A stretch of DNA of 64,000 nt from Xanthobacteraceae bacterium (GTDB lineage Bacteria; Pseudomonadota; Alphaproteobacteria; Rhizobiales; Xanthobacteraceae). Both the position numbers and the translations under genes were made by a program. The stretch lies in assembly GCA_019241285.1 (NCBI GenBank), contig JAFAXD010000634.1:1323-65322 (forward strand), given 5' to 3'. The first letter of the stretch is position 1. The number at the start of each line of letters is the position of its first letter. Shown in pieces: positions 11,075-21,236 of this stretch. Under the pieces are notes generated by a model that was not told the DNA's origin, did not search any database, and worked only from the letters and a program-made list of their open reading frames with translations.

Positions 11075-12457
11075 TCAACGCGCCCTTTGTTGTACGCGCG
11101 GGCGCTGTGGTGTTTCGGGTGGAGGAGCGGCAATAGCACCAATACGTCGGAGCGCGTCGACGGCAGCACGGTCGCCAGATTCCCACGCGCCGCCGACTGT
11201 ACCCCATAAGGTTTCGTGAACAGCCTCGCCCGCGAACCAAAGGCGGTTGTTGACCGGCTCCATCAGGACGCGTCGGGACGGTTGACCGCCTACCGTGGCG
11301 CACGAAAAGGATCCCAGCACCCACGGCTCGTTGTACCAGCGGGTCGCACTCGCCCGCTTCACCAATTTGTTGAAATTGCTTCCATAGAGATCCCCCAGCC
11401 ACTTGGTTGCGAAATCGACCATCTCTTCTTCACCGCGGACGGCGAGATCGCGCCCGAATTTCCCGCCGACATCAACGATGCACAGAGACGTCCCGGACAC
11501 ATTGGCCAAGAGGCCGGCAGTGTGAGTGTTGTTGGATTTCTCAAACATGAGATCATCGGCCTGCAGTGCGAGCGGATTGTCAGGAAGGTCGAGCGCGATA
11601 TGCTCATAGCTGCCGAGTGGCAGCTTGCTGATGGCATCCTGCTGACGCTTGGGCAGATCGGGAATGAACTTGATCTTGCCTGCGGCCAGCGCCCCAGTCG
11701 ATGCCGTAACGATCGCGGCACGGGCCCGGATCACCCCTTTCGCCGTGTCGATTTCCACCCCCTGGCGGCCGGTCCATTCGATGCGCCGCGCCGGTGTTCC
11801 TAGTTGGACCTGAAGCCCGCCGGTGAACTTCGCCAAAAGACCACCGTATCCGATTTTGGAGAACGCATCGATGTCACGTTCATCGGATTTCGTGAAATCC
11901 ACCGCCGATACTTCGCTGAGGTCCCTGCCGCAGCTATATGGGCCAAGCACGAAATCGATCGTGGAACGCCAATCCCCGAGATCTTTTGGCAATGCTTGTG
12001 CACAGGATATGTCGGCTTTGCGTGCCGCATCGGCGATGGCGCGCTCGCTACGAACCGAGAGCGCGAGGTACTCTTCAAGCTCGCCCTCCCGCGCATATCG
12101 GCGCCCGATGCGAATCCGCTGGCCGCGTGGCGCCGCATAGGTCGGCAATCCGTTTTGCTTTGCCAATTTCGCGACCGGATTGATATCCGGCATGTGTATC
12201 CAATGTGCGCCAACGTCGTAGGGAACGCCGAAGATGCTGTTGTTTGTGATGCAACGACCGCCAACGACATCGTTAGCTTCCAACAAGGCGTAGCGCCGGT
12301 TGGTCGCCGCAACCCGGCGAGCTGCCGCAATGCCGGCGGCACCCGCACCGATGATGGCGATATCGACATCCCCTGAGGCGGGAACGGCCCCAAGTGCAGG
12401 ATTTGTCACGGCTGCGGCCGCGGCCGCGGCCAGAAAGGAACGACGGTTGACGGTCAT
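11075..12457 (-). CDS. Tat-exported flavin-containing amine oxidase family protein
   Basis: Twin-arginine signal MTVNRRSFLAAAAAAAV..ALGA and FAD Rossmann motif DIAIIGAGAAGIAAA. The start was moved to ATG 12457. Confidence 0.8.
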   Translation of the reverse strand: MTVNRRSFLAAAAAAAVTNPALGAVPASGDVDIAIIGAGAAGIAAARRVAATNRRYALLEANDVVGGRCITNNSIFGVPYDVGAHWIHMPDINPVAKLAKQNGLPTYAAPRGQRIRIGRRYAREGELEEYLALSVRSERAIADAARKADISCAQALPKDLGDWRSTIDFVLGPYSCGRDLSEVSAVDFTKSDERDIDAFSKIGYGGLLAKFTGGLQVQLGTPARRIEWTGRQGVEIDTAKGVIRARAAIVTASTGALAAGKIKFIPDLPKRQQDAISKLPLGSYEHIALDLPDNPLALQADDLMFEKSNNTHTAGLLANVSGTSLCIVDVGGKFGRDLAVRGEEEMVDFATKWLGDLYGSNFNKLVKRASATRWYNEPWVLGSFSCATVGGQPSRRVLMEPVNNRLWFAGEAVHETLWGTVGGAWESGDRAAVDALRRIGAIAAPPPETPQRPRVQQRAR

Positions 12458-12461
12458 GGTT

Positions 12462-12487
12462 GTTCTTGCATTGTTCCGACCGGGTTG
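12462..12487. promoter_or_regulatory. alphaproteobacterial LexA (SOS) box-like phased direct repeats
   Basis: GTTC-ttgcatt-GTTC-cgaccgg-GTTG. The first two repeats are a perfect GTTC-N7-GTTC (12462-12476; TTGTTC repeated at an 11-bp period). It sits in the 80-bp divergent intergenic region. Confidence 0.4.
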
Positions 12488-12537
12488 CTCCCAACGACGA
12501 TACCCGCACATCCCGTGCTCAACATCGAGGCAATCTC

Positions 12538-13272
12538 ATGATTGAAGCCGCCATCCAGGCGCTCGAGCAAATGGTGACACCGCCGTTTCGTACGGTGCTG
12601 CTCAAATCTGCGGGCCTTGCCCTGGTGTTTCTCGTGGTGCTCGGGGTCGCGCTGGACCGCCTCCTGATCTGGCTCTCCGGAGCGGGCGGACAATGGCTTG
12701 AGAGCACGTTGGGTACGCTTGTTCATTGGCCGGTGGTTATCCTCGGCTGGCTGATCGCGATCGCCCTCGGACTCGGGCTCGTCGTCGGGGCAATCTTCAT
12801 CATGCCAGCGATCACCTCGCTGGTGGTTGGCTTCTTTTCCGACGAAATCGCCGCATTGGTGGAAAGCGAATACTACCCGGCCGATCCGCCCGGCCTGCCG
12901 CTGCCGCTGATGCTCGCCAGCGTCGAGGCGGTGAAGGCGGCACTTATCGCTCTCGTGGTCTATCTCTGCGCCATTCCTTTTCTCCTCGTCGCCGGACTGG
13001 GCGCGGTGATCTTCTTCCTTGCCACAGCCTACATCCTCGGCCGGCAATATTTCGAGCTCGCTGCCATGCGGTTTCATCCTGTGCCCGAGGCGAAAGCGCT
13101 CCGCTTCGCTCACAGAGGCACAATCTTCGTGGCTGGGATGCTGATCGCCGGTTTCGTATCCCTGCCGATTGTCAATCTGGCGACCCCCCTGTTTGGAATG
13201 GCCTTTATGGTGCATCTGCACAAACGCCTCATGCCTGGCCCAGCCCGGTACATTCCGCACGGCAGGGCTTAG
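12538..13272 (+). CDS. EI24/CysZ family membrane protein
   Basis: Polytopic. Its layout and C-terminal ...LPIVNLATPLFGMAFMVH parallel E. coli CysZ (..[20 protein letters not shown]). GAGG lies 7 nt upstream of ATG 12538. Confidence 0.7.
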   Translation: MIEAAIQALEQMVTPPFRTVLLKSAGLALVFLVVLGVALDRLLIWLSGAGGQWLESTLGTLVHWPVVILGWLIAIALGLGLVVGAIFIMPAITSLVVGFFSDEIAALVESEYYPADPPGLPLPLMLASVEAVKAALIALVVYLCAIPFLLVAGLGAVIFFLATAYILGRQYFELAAMRFHPVPEAKALRFAHRGTIFVAGMLIAGFVSLPIVNLATPLFGMAFMVHLHKRLMPGPARYIPHGRA

Positions 13273-14006
13273 ACCGTCTTCTCCGGCCAGCGGCAGAGGT
13301 CGCTGATGATGCATTTCTCGCACAACGGCCGGCGAGCCAGGCAGGTGTAGCGCCCGTGCAGGATGAGCCAGTGATGAGCATGCCGCTTGAAATGGTCAGG
13401 CACGACCTTCTCCAGGTTCATTTCGACCTCAAGCGGCGTTTTGCCCGGCGCGAGCCCGGTGCGATTTCCCACCCGAAATATGTGGGTATCAACTGCGATC
13501 GTTGGTTCGCCGAACGCAATATTGAGCACCACGTTTGCCGTCTTGCGTCCAACTCCAGGCAATGCCTCCAGCGCCTCGCGCGAGGGGGGTACGACGCCGC
13601 CATGCTCATTGATGAGCTTCTGCGATAGCGCGATCACATTTTTGGCTTTGGTGCGATAGAGCCCGATGGACTTGATGTAGTCGCGCACCCTCGCTTCGCC
13701 GAGCGCCACCATTTTGGCGGGCGTGTCCGCGGCCGCGAACAGGGCGGGCGTGGCCTTGTTGACCCCCGCATCCGTCGCCTGTGCGGATAGCACGACGGCG
13801 ATCAACAGGGTGTAGGGATCGACATGCTCAAGCTCGCCGCGAGGCTCGGGATTGGCCTTCCGAAACCGGGAAAAGGCCTCTTCGACCTCGGCCGGGGTCC
13901 ACGGCTTCGTCTGTCCACGTTTGCGGCTCGCCCCGCGTGTCTTGGCCACCCTAGCCGCGGCTTTAGGCTTCGGAGTCAGTGTCCGGGAGGTCGTGCGCTG
14001 CGCCAT
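13269..14006 (-). CDS. nth: endonuclease III
   Basis: HhH motif LPGVGRKTANVVL and Fe-S loop CLARRPLCEKCIISDLC. Confidence 0.95.
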   Translation of the reverse strand: MAQRTTSRTLTPKPKAAARVAKTRGASRKRGQTKPWTPAEVEEAFSRFRKANPEPRGELEHVDPYTLLIAVVLSAQATDAGVNKATPALFAAADTPAKMVALGEARVRDYIKSIGLYRTKAKNVIALSQKLINEHGGVVPPSREALEALPGVGRKTANVVLNIAFGEPTIAVDTHIFRVGNRTGLAPGKTPLEVEMNLEKVVPDHFKRHAHHWLILHGRYTCLARRPLCEKCIISDLCRWPEKTV

Positions 14007-14029
14007 GCTGCTCCGTATAATGAACCGGC

Positions 14030-14539
14030 ATGACCCCCGGCAATGAGCAAGCGGACGAACCCACCCTATTTTCGGCGATACTCACGCCGCATCGGTCGCT
14101 CACCGCCAGCGGCTTCCTGATTTTAATGATCGCGATCGGCGGGTTGAGTTTTGCGGCCGGAATAACGTTCTTGCTGCTCGGCGCCTGGCCGGTGTTCGGA
14201 TTTTTCGGTCTCGACGTGCTGCTGGTTTATCTGGCGTTTCGCATCAATTACCGGAGCGCCACAGCGTTCGAGGAAGTCTCCGTTACGACCTCTGAGCTGA
14301 AGGTGCGCAAGGTAACGCATCGTGGTCAGGTCACGGAATGGACGCTAAACCCCGTTTGGGTGCGCCTCGACCGCGAGACGCATGAGGAGTTCGGACTCCA
14401 GCGGCTGTACCTGGTCTCACGCGGGCGCAGATTTCCGATCGCTACCTTTTTGTCGCCGGGAGAAAAGGCAAGTTTTGCGTCCGCGCTTGGTGCGGCGATC
14501 AACACCGCGAAGCGCGGGCCCACGCGCACAGAGATCTAG
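14030..14539 (+). CDS. DUF2244-like integral membrane protein
   Basis: Two adjacent TM helices ([10 protein letters not shown]...[18 protein letters not shown]) followed by a soluble domain with NPVWVRL. This matches my recollection of DUF2244. Confidence 0.65.
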   Translation: MTPGNEQADEPTLFSAILTPHRSLTASGFLILMIAIGGLSFAAGITFLLLGAWPVFGFFGLDVLLVYLAFRINYRSATAFEEVSVTTSELKVRKVTHRGQVTEWTLNPVWVRLDRETHEEFGLQRLYLVSRGRRFPIATFLSPGEKASFASALGAAINTAKRGPTRTEI

Positions 14540-15168
14540 ACCACTTCCGCGGCTATGATCTGCCGTTCAGCCACGGTTGAATCGGTGTTCAACCGATAGA
14601 TCAGCGGCACTCCGGTCGCCAGCTCCCGCCTCACGATCTCCTGCGGCGATAGATGATCCAGCACCATCACCAGCGCCCGCAAACTGTTGCCGTGCGCGCT
14701 CACCAAGGTGCGTTCACCGCGCAAAACGCGCGGAAGGATTGCTTGCACATAGTAGGGCAGAACCCGCGCGGCCGTGTCCTTGAGACTTTCGCCGCCTGGG
14801 GGAGCGACGTCATATGAACGCCGCCAGACATGCACCTGCTCCTCGCCCCACTTGCGCCGCGCGTCATCCTTGTTGAGACCTGATAGGTCGCCGTAGTCCC
14901 GCTCATTAAGCGCTTGGTCGCGCAGGACGGAAATGCTACGCTGGTCCAGTTCCTCGAGCATCAGGTCGAGGGTGCGCTGGGCTCGCGTGAGCGCCGACGT
15001 GAACGCAATATCAAACCTCAGCCCGAGCGCCTTGAGCTGACGTCCCGCAGCGCGGGCTTCAGCGACGCCCTTGTCGGTAAGACCAACATCGCGCCAGCCG
15101 GTGAATAAATTCTGCAGGTTCCACTCGCTTTGGCCATGACGCACGAGAACAAGGAGGCGATCGGTCAT
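14536..15168 (-). CDS. gpmA: 2,3-bisphosphoglycerate-dependent phosphoglycerate mutase
   Basis: [12 protein letters not shown] active-site motif. Start at ATG 15168 (MTDRLLV). Confidence 0.93.
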   Translation of the reverse strand: MTDRLLVLVRHGQSEWNLQNLFTGWRDVGLTDKGVAEARAAGRQLKALGLRFDIAFTSALTRAQRTLDLMLEELDQRSISVLRDQALNERDYGDLSGLNKDDARRKWGEEQVHVWRRSYDVAPPGGESLKDTAARVLPYYVQAILPRVLRGERTLVSAHGNSLRALVMVLDHLSPQEIVRRELATGVPLIYRLNTDSTVAERQIIAAEVV

Positions 15169-15190
15169 TTGAGTTCCGATTGGTTGCGAT

Positions 15191-16006
15191 TCAGAAGCCA
15201 CTCAACCCCAATACATCGGCCATCGAGTAAAGGCCGGGCTTTTGTCCTTTCGCCCATTGTGCTGCCTTCAGCGCACCGCGGGCGAAGATCATGCGGTCCT
15301 CCGCCTTGTGCGTAAGTTCGACGCGTTCGGACGGGCCGGCGAAGATGACCGTGTGGTCGCCCACCACGGTTCCACCGCGTAGCGCCGCAAAGCCGATATC
15401 CCCTGCGTGGCGCGCTCCCGTCAACCCGTCGCGCGTGCGAACCGAACGCTGGCCAAGATCGATGTTGCGACCCTCGGCTGCTGCGCGCCCAAGTAGGAGT
15501 GCCGTCCCAGATGGTGCATCGATCTTCTTGTTGTGGTGCATCTCCAGGATTTCGATGTCGAAATCCTGATCGAGGCTCATAGCGACGCGGCGCACCAGGG
15601 CGGCGAGCAAATTGACGCCGAGGCTCATGTTCCCCGATTTCACGACCACCGTATGCCTGCTCGCTTCGGCAATCTTGTCCTCGTGCTGCGCCTCGAGACC
15701 GGTTGTGCCGATGATGTGAACAAGGCGGTTCTGCGCCGCGAGTTCCGCGTGCACGACCGTTGCCGCAGGTATGGTGAAATCGACGATGCCGTCGGCATTG
15801 GCTGCAGATGAGCCGATATCGTCGCTCAATTTGATGCCTAGGGGTGCAATTCCGGCGAGGACGCCGGCATCCTGACCCACCAGTGGCGAGCCTTTCGCCT
15901 CTACCGCGGCCGCCAGACTTAGCCCTTGATGTTCGGCAATCGCTTTCACCAGGGTCCGACCCATGCGACCGCCGGCTCCGACCACGATCAGCCGCATGTC
16001 AGTCAT
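15191..16006 (-). CDS. dapB: 4-hydroxy-tetrahydrodipicolinate reductase
   Basis: VVGAGGRMG Rossmann motif and [15 protein letters not shown] motif. Confidence 0.93.
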   Translation of the reverse strand: MTDMRLIVVGAGGRMGRTLVKAIAEHQGLSLAAAVEAKGSPLVGQDAGVLAGIAPLGIKLSDDIGSSAANADGIVDFTIPAATVVHAELAAQNRLVHIIGTTGLEAQHEDKIAEASRHTVVVKSGNMSLGVNLLAALVRRVAMSLDQDFDIEILEMHHNKKIDAPSGTALLLGRAAAEGRNIDLGQRSVRTRDGLTGARHAGDIGFAALRGGTVVGDHTVIFAGPSERVELTHKAEDRMIFARGALKAAQWAKGQKPGLYSMADVLGLSGF

Positions 16007-16077
16007 ACCCGCCTCCGGCAAACATCCGTCCCTATAGCGACGCCTGCTTGCGTTGAAAAGCGCTCATTCCCGTCCCG

Positions 16078-16398
16078 TTAAGGTTCGGGTTGCGGCCCGT
16101 CGTAACCACCAATGATGACGAGATCGACCTCACAGCCCGCTTTGAGATATTGAATGGCGTCCTGATACTCGGGCGAGCGATAGCAAGCGATCGCCGCATC
16201 GTGGCTCGGAAACTCGATCACCACGTTGTGCTGACGTCCCTCGCCGACAACGGCATGGAAAGGACCCCCGCGGACCAGGAATTTGCCGCCGAAACGGCTG
16301 AAGGCAATCGCATTCCGCTTGCGGTATTCCTCATAGGCGATCTGGTCGTGAATGTTGAGCCGCGCGATCCAATAACCTTTGACCATGTGTCGCCTCAC
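16078..16398 (-). CDS. DUF1330 domain protein
   Basis: [14 protein letters not shown]... is typical of DUF1330. GTG 16398 overlaps the pyrF stop (GTGA). An alternative ATG lies at 16386. Confidence 0.75.
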   Translation of the reverse strand: MRRHMVKGYWIARLNIHDQIAYEEYRKRNAIAFSRFGGKFLVRGGPFHAVVGEGRQHNVVIEFPSHDAAIACYRSPEYQDAIQYLKAGCEVDLVIIGGYDGPQPEP

Positions 16399-17093
16399 GC
16401 GGCTTTGTCGATCTCATCGACAATGGCGTCAGCCACACGTCGCGGATCGGATGCCTCAAGAATCGGTCGGCCGACGACCAGATAATCAGCCCCAGCTGCG
16501 ATAGCGTCACCGGGGATAAAGATCCGCTTCTGATCACCAGTCGCAGCGCCGACCGGGCGAATACCCGGCGTGACCAATGTCGCGGCGGCTCCGACTCGCG
16601 CGCGCAAGACGGCGACCTCGGCGGCTGAACAGACGATGCCATCAGCGCCAATCTCAATTGCTTGATCGGCGCGCCGCGCCACGAGTTCGGTGACGCGCCC
16701 GCTGTAGCCGGCTTCCGCCAGATCATCATCGTTGTAGGACGTGAGAACTGTGACCGCGAGAATGCGCAGCCCCGACGTGCGCGCTTTAACCGCAGCCCGC
16801 ATTGTCTGCGGATAGGCGTGTACGGTCAGAAACGTTGCGCCAATACGCGCGACGCTCGCAACACCATTGGCAACCGTGTTGCTGATGTCATGCAGCTTAA
16901 GGTCAAGGAATACGCGCGTGCCGGCTCTAGCGAGCTGCTCGGCGAGCACCAGCCCGCCCGCAAACGCGAGTTGGTATCCGATCTTGTAGAAACAAACGCT
17001 GTTGCCGAGACGCTCGATCATTCTCTCGGCGTCAGCAACCGATGGCACGTCAAGCGCGACGATTAGGCGCTCACGCGAGGGGATTCCGAGCAT
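16395..17093 (-). CDS. pyrF: orotidine 5'-phosphate decarboxylase
   Basis: LIVALDV... and [12 protein letters not shown] motifs. Start at ATG 17093; the ORF-track extension to 17300 was rejected. Confidence 0.9.
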   Translation of the reverse strand: MLGIPSRERLIVALDVPSVADAERMIERLGNSVCFYKIGYQLAFAGGLVLAEQLARAGTRVFLDLKLHDISNTVANGVASVARIGATFLTVHAYPQTMRAAVKARTSGLRILAVTVLTSYNDDDLAEAGYSGRVTELVARRADQAIEIGADGIVCSAAEVAVLRARVGAAATLVTPGIRPVGAATGDQKRIFIPGDAIAAGADYLVVGRPILEASDPRRVADAIVDEIDKAA

Positions 17094-17106
17094 GCGTGCA
17101 AGGCTC

Positions 17107-17847
17107 TCAAAAATCAGGTTGGATGCGCCCTGCTCCCCGATACCTGATACTCGAAGCTTGGCGACGATATACCCAAACGCGAGCGGGTGGCATGTTAAGC
17201 CAAATGCGCTCCGATGCTTCGGATCGCACGCCGACGAGGCGACCCGGCAGCGGCGAGACAACGGCGTACGTGAACTGCACGAACGGAGCCCCGGGGGCAA
17301 GCAAACTCAGCGCGTCGGTAATCAGTCGCACCCGCGTACGTGCCGGCTTGGTCATCAGCGGCAGGCCGGACACGATCGCAGCGGCGGGTTGATAGAGGAA
17401 ATGCGCAAGCAGGCGACGAAGGCTGTAGGCATCACCTTGAACAACCGTGGCCTGCGGATAACGTGCGCGCAACAAGCGGCAGAAAGCCGCGTTGAACTCG
17501 ATCAACACCAGTCGCGAAGGATCGACACCCTTCTGGACCAGCGCCTGCGTGACGGGTCCGGTCCCAGGGCCGAGTTCCACAATCGGCCCTTCGCTGTCAG
17601 GATCAACATATTGCGCCATGGTGCGGGCGAGCACTTTGCTCGACGGCGCCACAGCGCCGATGGCCAGAGGCTTTGCGAGCCATGACCTGATGAACCGCAG
17701 ATCGTCATCCAAATGGATGTAGCGTTTTTGTTCAAATTCACGCAGCTGGCGCTCGATCTGTTTCTCCAGCGCGCTCCGCTTCAGTTCGAACAAACGGATA
17801 GGTGCTTCGAATTTCTTCTCCAGCAACCTCAGTCCGGGAAGACTCAT
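17107..17847 (-). CDS. pmtA: phospholipid N-methyltransferase (Sinorhizobium-type, rRNA-methylase-like)
   Basis: SAM motif [12 protein letters not shown]. Its position directly downstream of dnaKJ matches the B. japonicum pmtA locus as I recall it. Confidence 0.7.
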   Translation of the reverse strand: MSLPGLRLLEKKFEAPIRLFELKRSALEKQIERQLREFEQKRYIHLDDDLRFIRSWLAKPLAIGAVAPSSKVLARTMAQYVDPDSEGPIVELGPGTGPVTQALVQKGVDPSRLVLIEFNAAFCRLLRARYPQATVVQGDAYSLRRLLAHFLYQPAAAIVSGLPLMTKPARTRVRLITDALSLLAPGAPFVQFTYAVVSPLPGRLVGVRSEASERIWLNMPPARVWVYRRQASSIRYRGAGRIQPDF

Positions 17848-17942
17848 GGCACAACACATCAAGTGTCAGTTTTGTGACAGCAGTGCGTCACCTTTGGACC
17901 GACGAAGCCGCTGGGTCAAGCCCGCCAGCCGATTTAGCCCGC

Positions 17943-19079
17943 TCAAGCCGAGCCTGCTCGTCCGCCAAAGAACTCCTTCACCTTGCCAAAAAAGCCGGTC
18001 GCCTCGGGATGCGTGTCATGCGACGAGAGTTGTTCGAATTCCATGAGCAGTTCGCGCTGCCGCTTGGTCAGGTTCTGCGGGGTCTCCACCATGACCTGGA
18101 CATACATGTCGCCCGACTGTTTGGAGCGCAAAACCGGCATGCCCTTTGCGGACAGCCGAAAACGCCGACCCGATTGGGTGCCGGGCGGTATTTTCACACG
18201 ACTGTTGCTCCCGTCGATTGTAGGGAGTTCAAATTCGCCACCAAGTGCCGCCGTAACCATCGAAACAGGAACCCGACAGTGCAGATCGGCTCCATCGCGC
18301 TGAAAAAATGCATGTGCGGCGATGCTGAGGAAGATGTAGAGATCGCCTGACGGCCCTCCCCGAACGCCGGCTTCACCTTCGCCCGCAAGTCGGATGCGCG
18401 TGCCGTCCTCGACCCCGGGGGGGATATTGACTGCGAGGGTGCGCGATCGCGTCACACGGCCGGAGCCGCTGCAGCTCGGGCACGGTTGTTCGATGACCTG
18501 ACCGCGCCCTTGGCACGCAACGCACGTGCGCTCCAAGGTGAAGAAACCTTGCGCATGGCGCACCTTGCCGGCGCCGCCACAGCTCGCGCAGACCTTCGGC
18601 TTCGTGCCGGATTTCGCACCGGTCCCGGAGCAAGCCTCGCAAGTCACTGGAATTGGAATATTGATCTGCGCCGCTTTGCCCTGGAAAGCATCTTCCAGCG
18701 TGATCTCCATGTTGTAGCGCAGATCCGCACCGCGCTCGCGACCCCCGCGAGCGCCGCGCCGCGCGCCGCTCATGCCGAAGAAATCGTCGAAGATATCGGC
18801 GAAGGTCGAGGCGAAGTCCGCTCCAAAACCCGCCGCACCACCACCCATTCCCTGCTCAAACGCGGCATGCCCGAACCGGTCGTAAGCGGCGCGTTTGTCG
18901 CCGTCTTTGAGCACATCATAAGCTTCGTTGAGCTCTTTGAACCGATGCTCGCAATCCTTATCCCCCGGATTGCGATCCGGGTGATGTTGCATCGCAAGTT
19001 TGCGGAATGCCGCCTTGATCTCGGTGTCTTTGGCCGTGCGAGCCACGCCGAGAACTTCGTAATAGTCGCGCTTTGCCAT
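17943..19079 (-). CDS. dnaJ: molecular chaperone DnaJ
   Basis: J domain with HPDRN, a G/F region, and four CxxCxGxG zinc motifs. Confidence 0.97.
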   Translation of the reverse strand: MAKRDYYEVLGVARTAKDTEIKAAFRKLAMQHHPDRNPGDKDCEHRFKELNEAYDVLKDGDKRAAYDRFGHAAFEQGMGGGAAGFGADFASTFADIFDDFFGMSGARRGARGGRERGADLRYNMEITLEDAFQGKAAQINIPIPVTCEACSGTGAKSGTKPKVCASCGGAGKVRHAQGFFTLERTCVACQGRGQVIEQPCPSCSGSGRVTRSRTLAVNIPPGVEDGTRIRLAGEGEAGVRGGPSGDLYIFLSIAAHAFFQRDGADLHCRVPVSMVTAALGGEFELPTIDGSNSRVKIPPGTQSGRRFRLSAKGMPVLRSKQSGDMYVQVMVETPQNLTKRQRELLMEFEQLSSHDTHPEATGFFGKVKEFFGGRAGSA

Positions 19080-19091
19080 CCCCTAGCTCAT

Positions 19092-19151
19092 CCGCAAAAG
19101 AAAGCCTCGCCCAGGGGTCTGCGACCGGTGGGCCGCAGCTCTGGGCGAGGC
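19092..19151 (-). terminator. intercistronic intrinsic terminator/attenuator between dnaK and dnaJ
   Basis: On the minus-strand RNA, GCCTCGCCCAG pairs with CTGGGCGAGGC (11 bp; 19141-19151 with 19104-19114). An inner CTGCG/CGCAG stem is present and UUUCUUUUG follows. The plus strand also shows a U-rich tail. Confidence 0.6.
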
Positions 19152-19208
19152 GTTTGTTTGGTTATCCGCTCCGGCCCTCATTGGTGAGGACCTTCTCAGG
19201 CTCCGGCG

Positions 19209-21119
19209 TCAGGCTGACTTCTTCTTGTCATCATCGACCTCGGTAAACTCCGCGTCGACAACGTCATCCTTCTTTGGTTCGGACGAACCATCACCGCCAG
19301 CCCCAGCGCCTGCCTCTTGCGACTTGTACATGGCTTCGCCAAGCTTCATTGAGGCCTGTGCCAGCGTGTTGGTCTTCGCGCTGATCGCTGTGGCATCGTC
19401 GCCCTTGAGGGCCTCCTTGAGGTCCGCAATGGCATTCTCGATTGCACGTCGATCACCTTCGCCCACTTTCGAGCCATGCTCCGAGAGCGCTTTCTCGGTG
19501 GAATGGATCAACGCCTCTGCATGGTTCTTGGCTTCCACTGCAGCCTTGCGCTTCTTGTCTTCCTCAGCGTGCGATTCCGCATCCTTGACCATCTTCTGGA
19601 TATCGGCTTCGGACAGACCTCCCGATGCCTGGATCCGGATCTGCTGTTCCTTGCCGGTGCCCTTATCGCGGGCATGCACATTGACGATTCCGTTAGCGTC
19701 GATATCGAATGCGACCTCGATCTGAGGGACGCCGCGCGGCGCCGGCGGGATTCCAACCAGATCGAACTGGCCCAACATCTTGTTGTCGGCAGCCATCTCG
19801 CGCTCGCCCTGGAACACCCGGATGGTGACCGCGTTCTGATTGTCCTCGGCGGTCGAGAATACCTGACTCTTCTTGGTGGGGATCGTTGTGTTGCGATCAA
19901 TCAGTCGCGTGAACACACCACCCAGCGTCTCGATGCCGAGCGACAGCGGCGTGACGTCCAGCAGCAGCACGTCCTTCACGTCACCTTGCAATACGCCCGC
20001 CTGAATGGCAGCGCCGACCGCGACGACTTCGTCTGGATTGACACCCTTGTGCGGCTCTTTGCCGAACAGTTGCTTCACAACTTCCTGGACCTTCGGCATG
20101 CGCGTCATGCCGCCGACCAGGACGACCTCATTGATCTCGGCCGCGGACAAGCCAGCGTCCTTCAGGGCAAGCCGGCAAGGCTCGATCGTCTTCTGAACGA
20201 GATCGTCGACCAATGCCTCAAATTTTGCGCGGGTCAGTTTCATGGTCAGGTGTTTTGGCCCTGACGCATCGGCTGTGATGAACGGCAGGTTGATCTCAGT
20301 CTGTGAGGTGGAGGACAGCTCGATCTTCGCTTTTTCGGCCGCCTCTTTCAGGCGCTGCAGCGCAAGCTTATCGCGCCGAAGATCAATGCCCTGCTCCTTC
20401 TGAAATTCATCCGCCAGATAGTTCACGAGGCGCATATCGAAGTCTTCGCCGCCGAGGAACGTATCACCGTTGGTCGACTTCACTTCGAAAACGCCGTCAC
20501 CGATCTCCAGAATGGAGATGTCGAACGTGCCGCCGCCCAGGTCATAGACTGCGATCGTGCCGTTGGCCTTTTTGTCCAGTCCGTACGACAGCGCGGCAGC
20601 CGTCGGCTCATTGATGATCCGCAGCACCTCAAGTCCGGCAATCTTACCAGCGTCTTTCGTGGCCTGGCGTTGCGCGTCGTTGAAGTAGGCTGGAACAGTG
20701 ATCACTGCCTGCGTCACCTTTTGCCCGAGGTGCGCTTCCGCGGTTTCCTTCATCTTCTGGAGGACGAATGCGGAGATCTGGGAGGGCGAATAGGTCTTGC
20801 CATCAGCTTCGACCCACGCGTCACCGTTGCCCGCTTTGACGATCTTGTAGGGAACGAGCTTCTTGTCCTTCTCAACCATCGGATCGTCGTAACGCCGACC
20901 GATGAGGCGCTTGACTGCAAAGAAGGTGCGCTCGGGATTGGTAACTGCCTGGCGCTTCGCCGGTTGACCGACGAGGCGCTCGCCGTCATCAGTGAAAGCC
21001 ACAATCGATGGTGTGGTGCGCATTCCCTCGGAGTTCTCGATGACCTTTGGGGTCGAGCCCTCCATCACGGCCACGCAGGAATTGGTCGTACCGAGATCAA
21101 TCCCGATGACTTTTGCCAT
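19209..21119 (-). CDS. dnaK: molecular chaperone DnaK
   Basis: 636 aa with [18 protein letters not shown] and a C-terminal acidic tail. Confidence 0.99.
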   Translation of the reverse strand: MAKVIGIDLGTTNSCVAVMEGSTPKVIENSEGMRTTPSIVAFTDDGERLVGQPAKRQAVTNPERTFFAVKRLIGRRYDDPMVEKDKKLVPYKIVKAGNGDAWVEADGKTYSPSQISAFVLQKMKETAEAHLGQKVTQAVITVPAYFNDAQRQATKDAGKIAGLEVLRIINEPTAAALSYGLDKKANGTIAVYDLGGGTFDISILEIGDGVFEVKSTNGDTFLGGEDFDMRLVNYLADEFQKEQGIDLRRDKLALQRLKEAAEKAKIELSSTSQTEINLPFITADASGPKHLTMKLTRAKFEALVDDLVQKTIEPCRLALKDAGLSAAEINEVVLVGGMTRMPKVQEVVKQLFGKEPHKGVNPDEVVAVGAAIQAGVLQGDVKDVLLLDVTPLSLGIETLGGVFTRLIDRNTTIPTKKSQVFSTAEDNQNAVTIRVFQGEREMAADNKMLGQFDLVGIPPAPRGVPQIEVAFDIDANGIVNVHARDKGTGKEQQIRIQASGGLSEADIQKMVKDAESHAEEDKKRKAAVEAKNHAEALIHSTEKALSEHGSKVGEGDRRAIENAIADLKEALKGDDATAISAKTNTLAQASMKLGEAMYKSQEAGAGAGGDGSSEPKKDDVVDAEFTEVDDDKKKSA

Positions 21120-21236
21120 ATCTAATACCTCTCTTTTAGGCAGGCCGGGCCGGGCCCTTGCGGCGCACCGGCGGAAGCGGGCGGGGCGACCCTCGCACCT
21201 TGCTTAATCCGACCCCCTGGATCACTTGCGTATCTC

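Noticed and set aside
12454-13628. 289-aa minus-strand and 300-aa plus-strand ORFs overlapping the EI24-like gene and nth
   Set aside because: They have highly charged or Arg-rich nonsense-like composition and overlap genes with clear motifs (the CysZ-like layout and the Nth Fe-S/HhH motifs).
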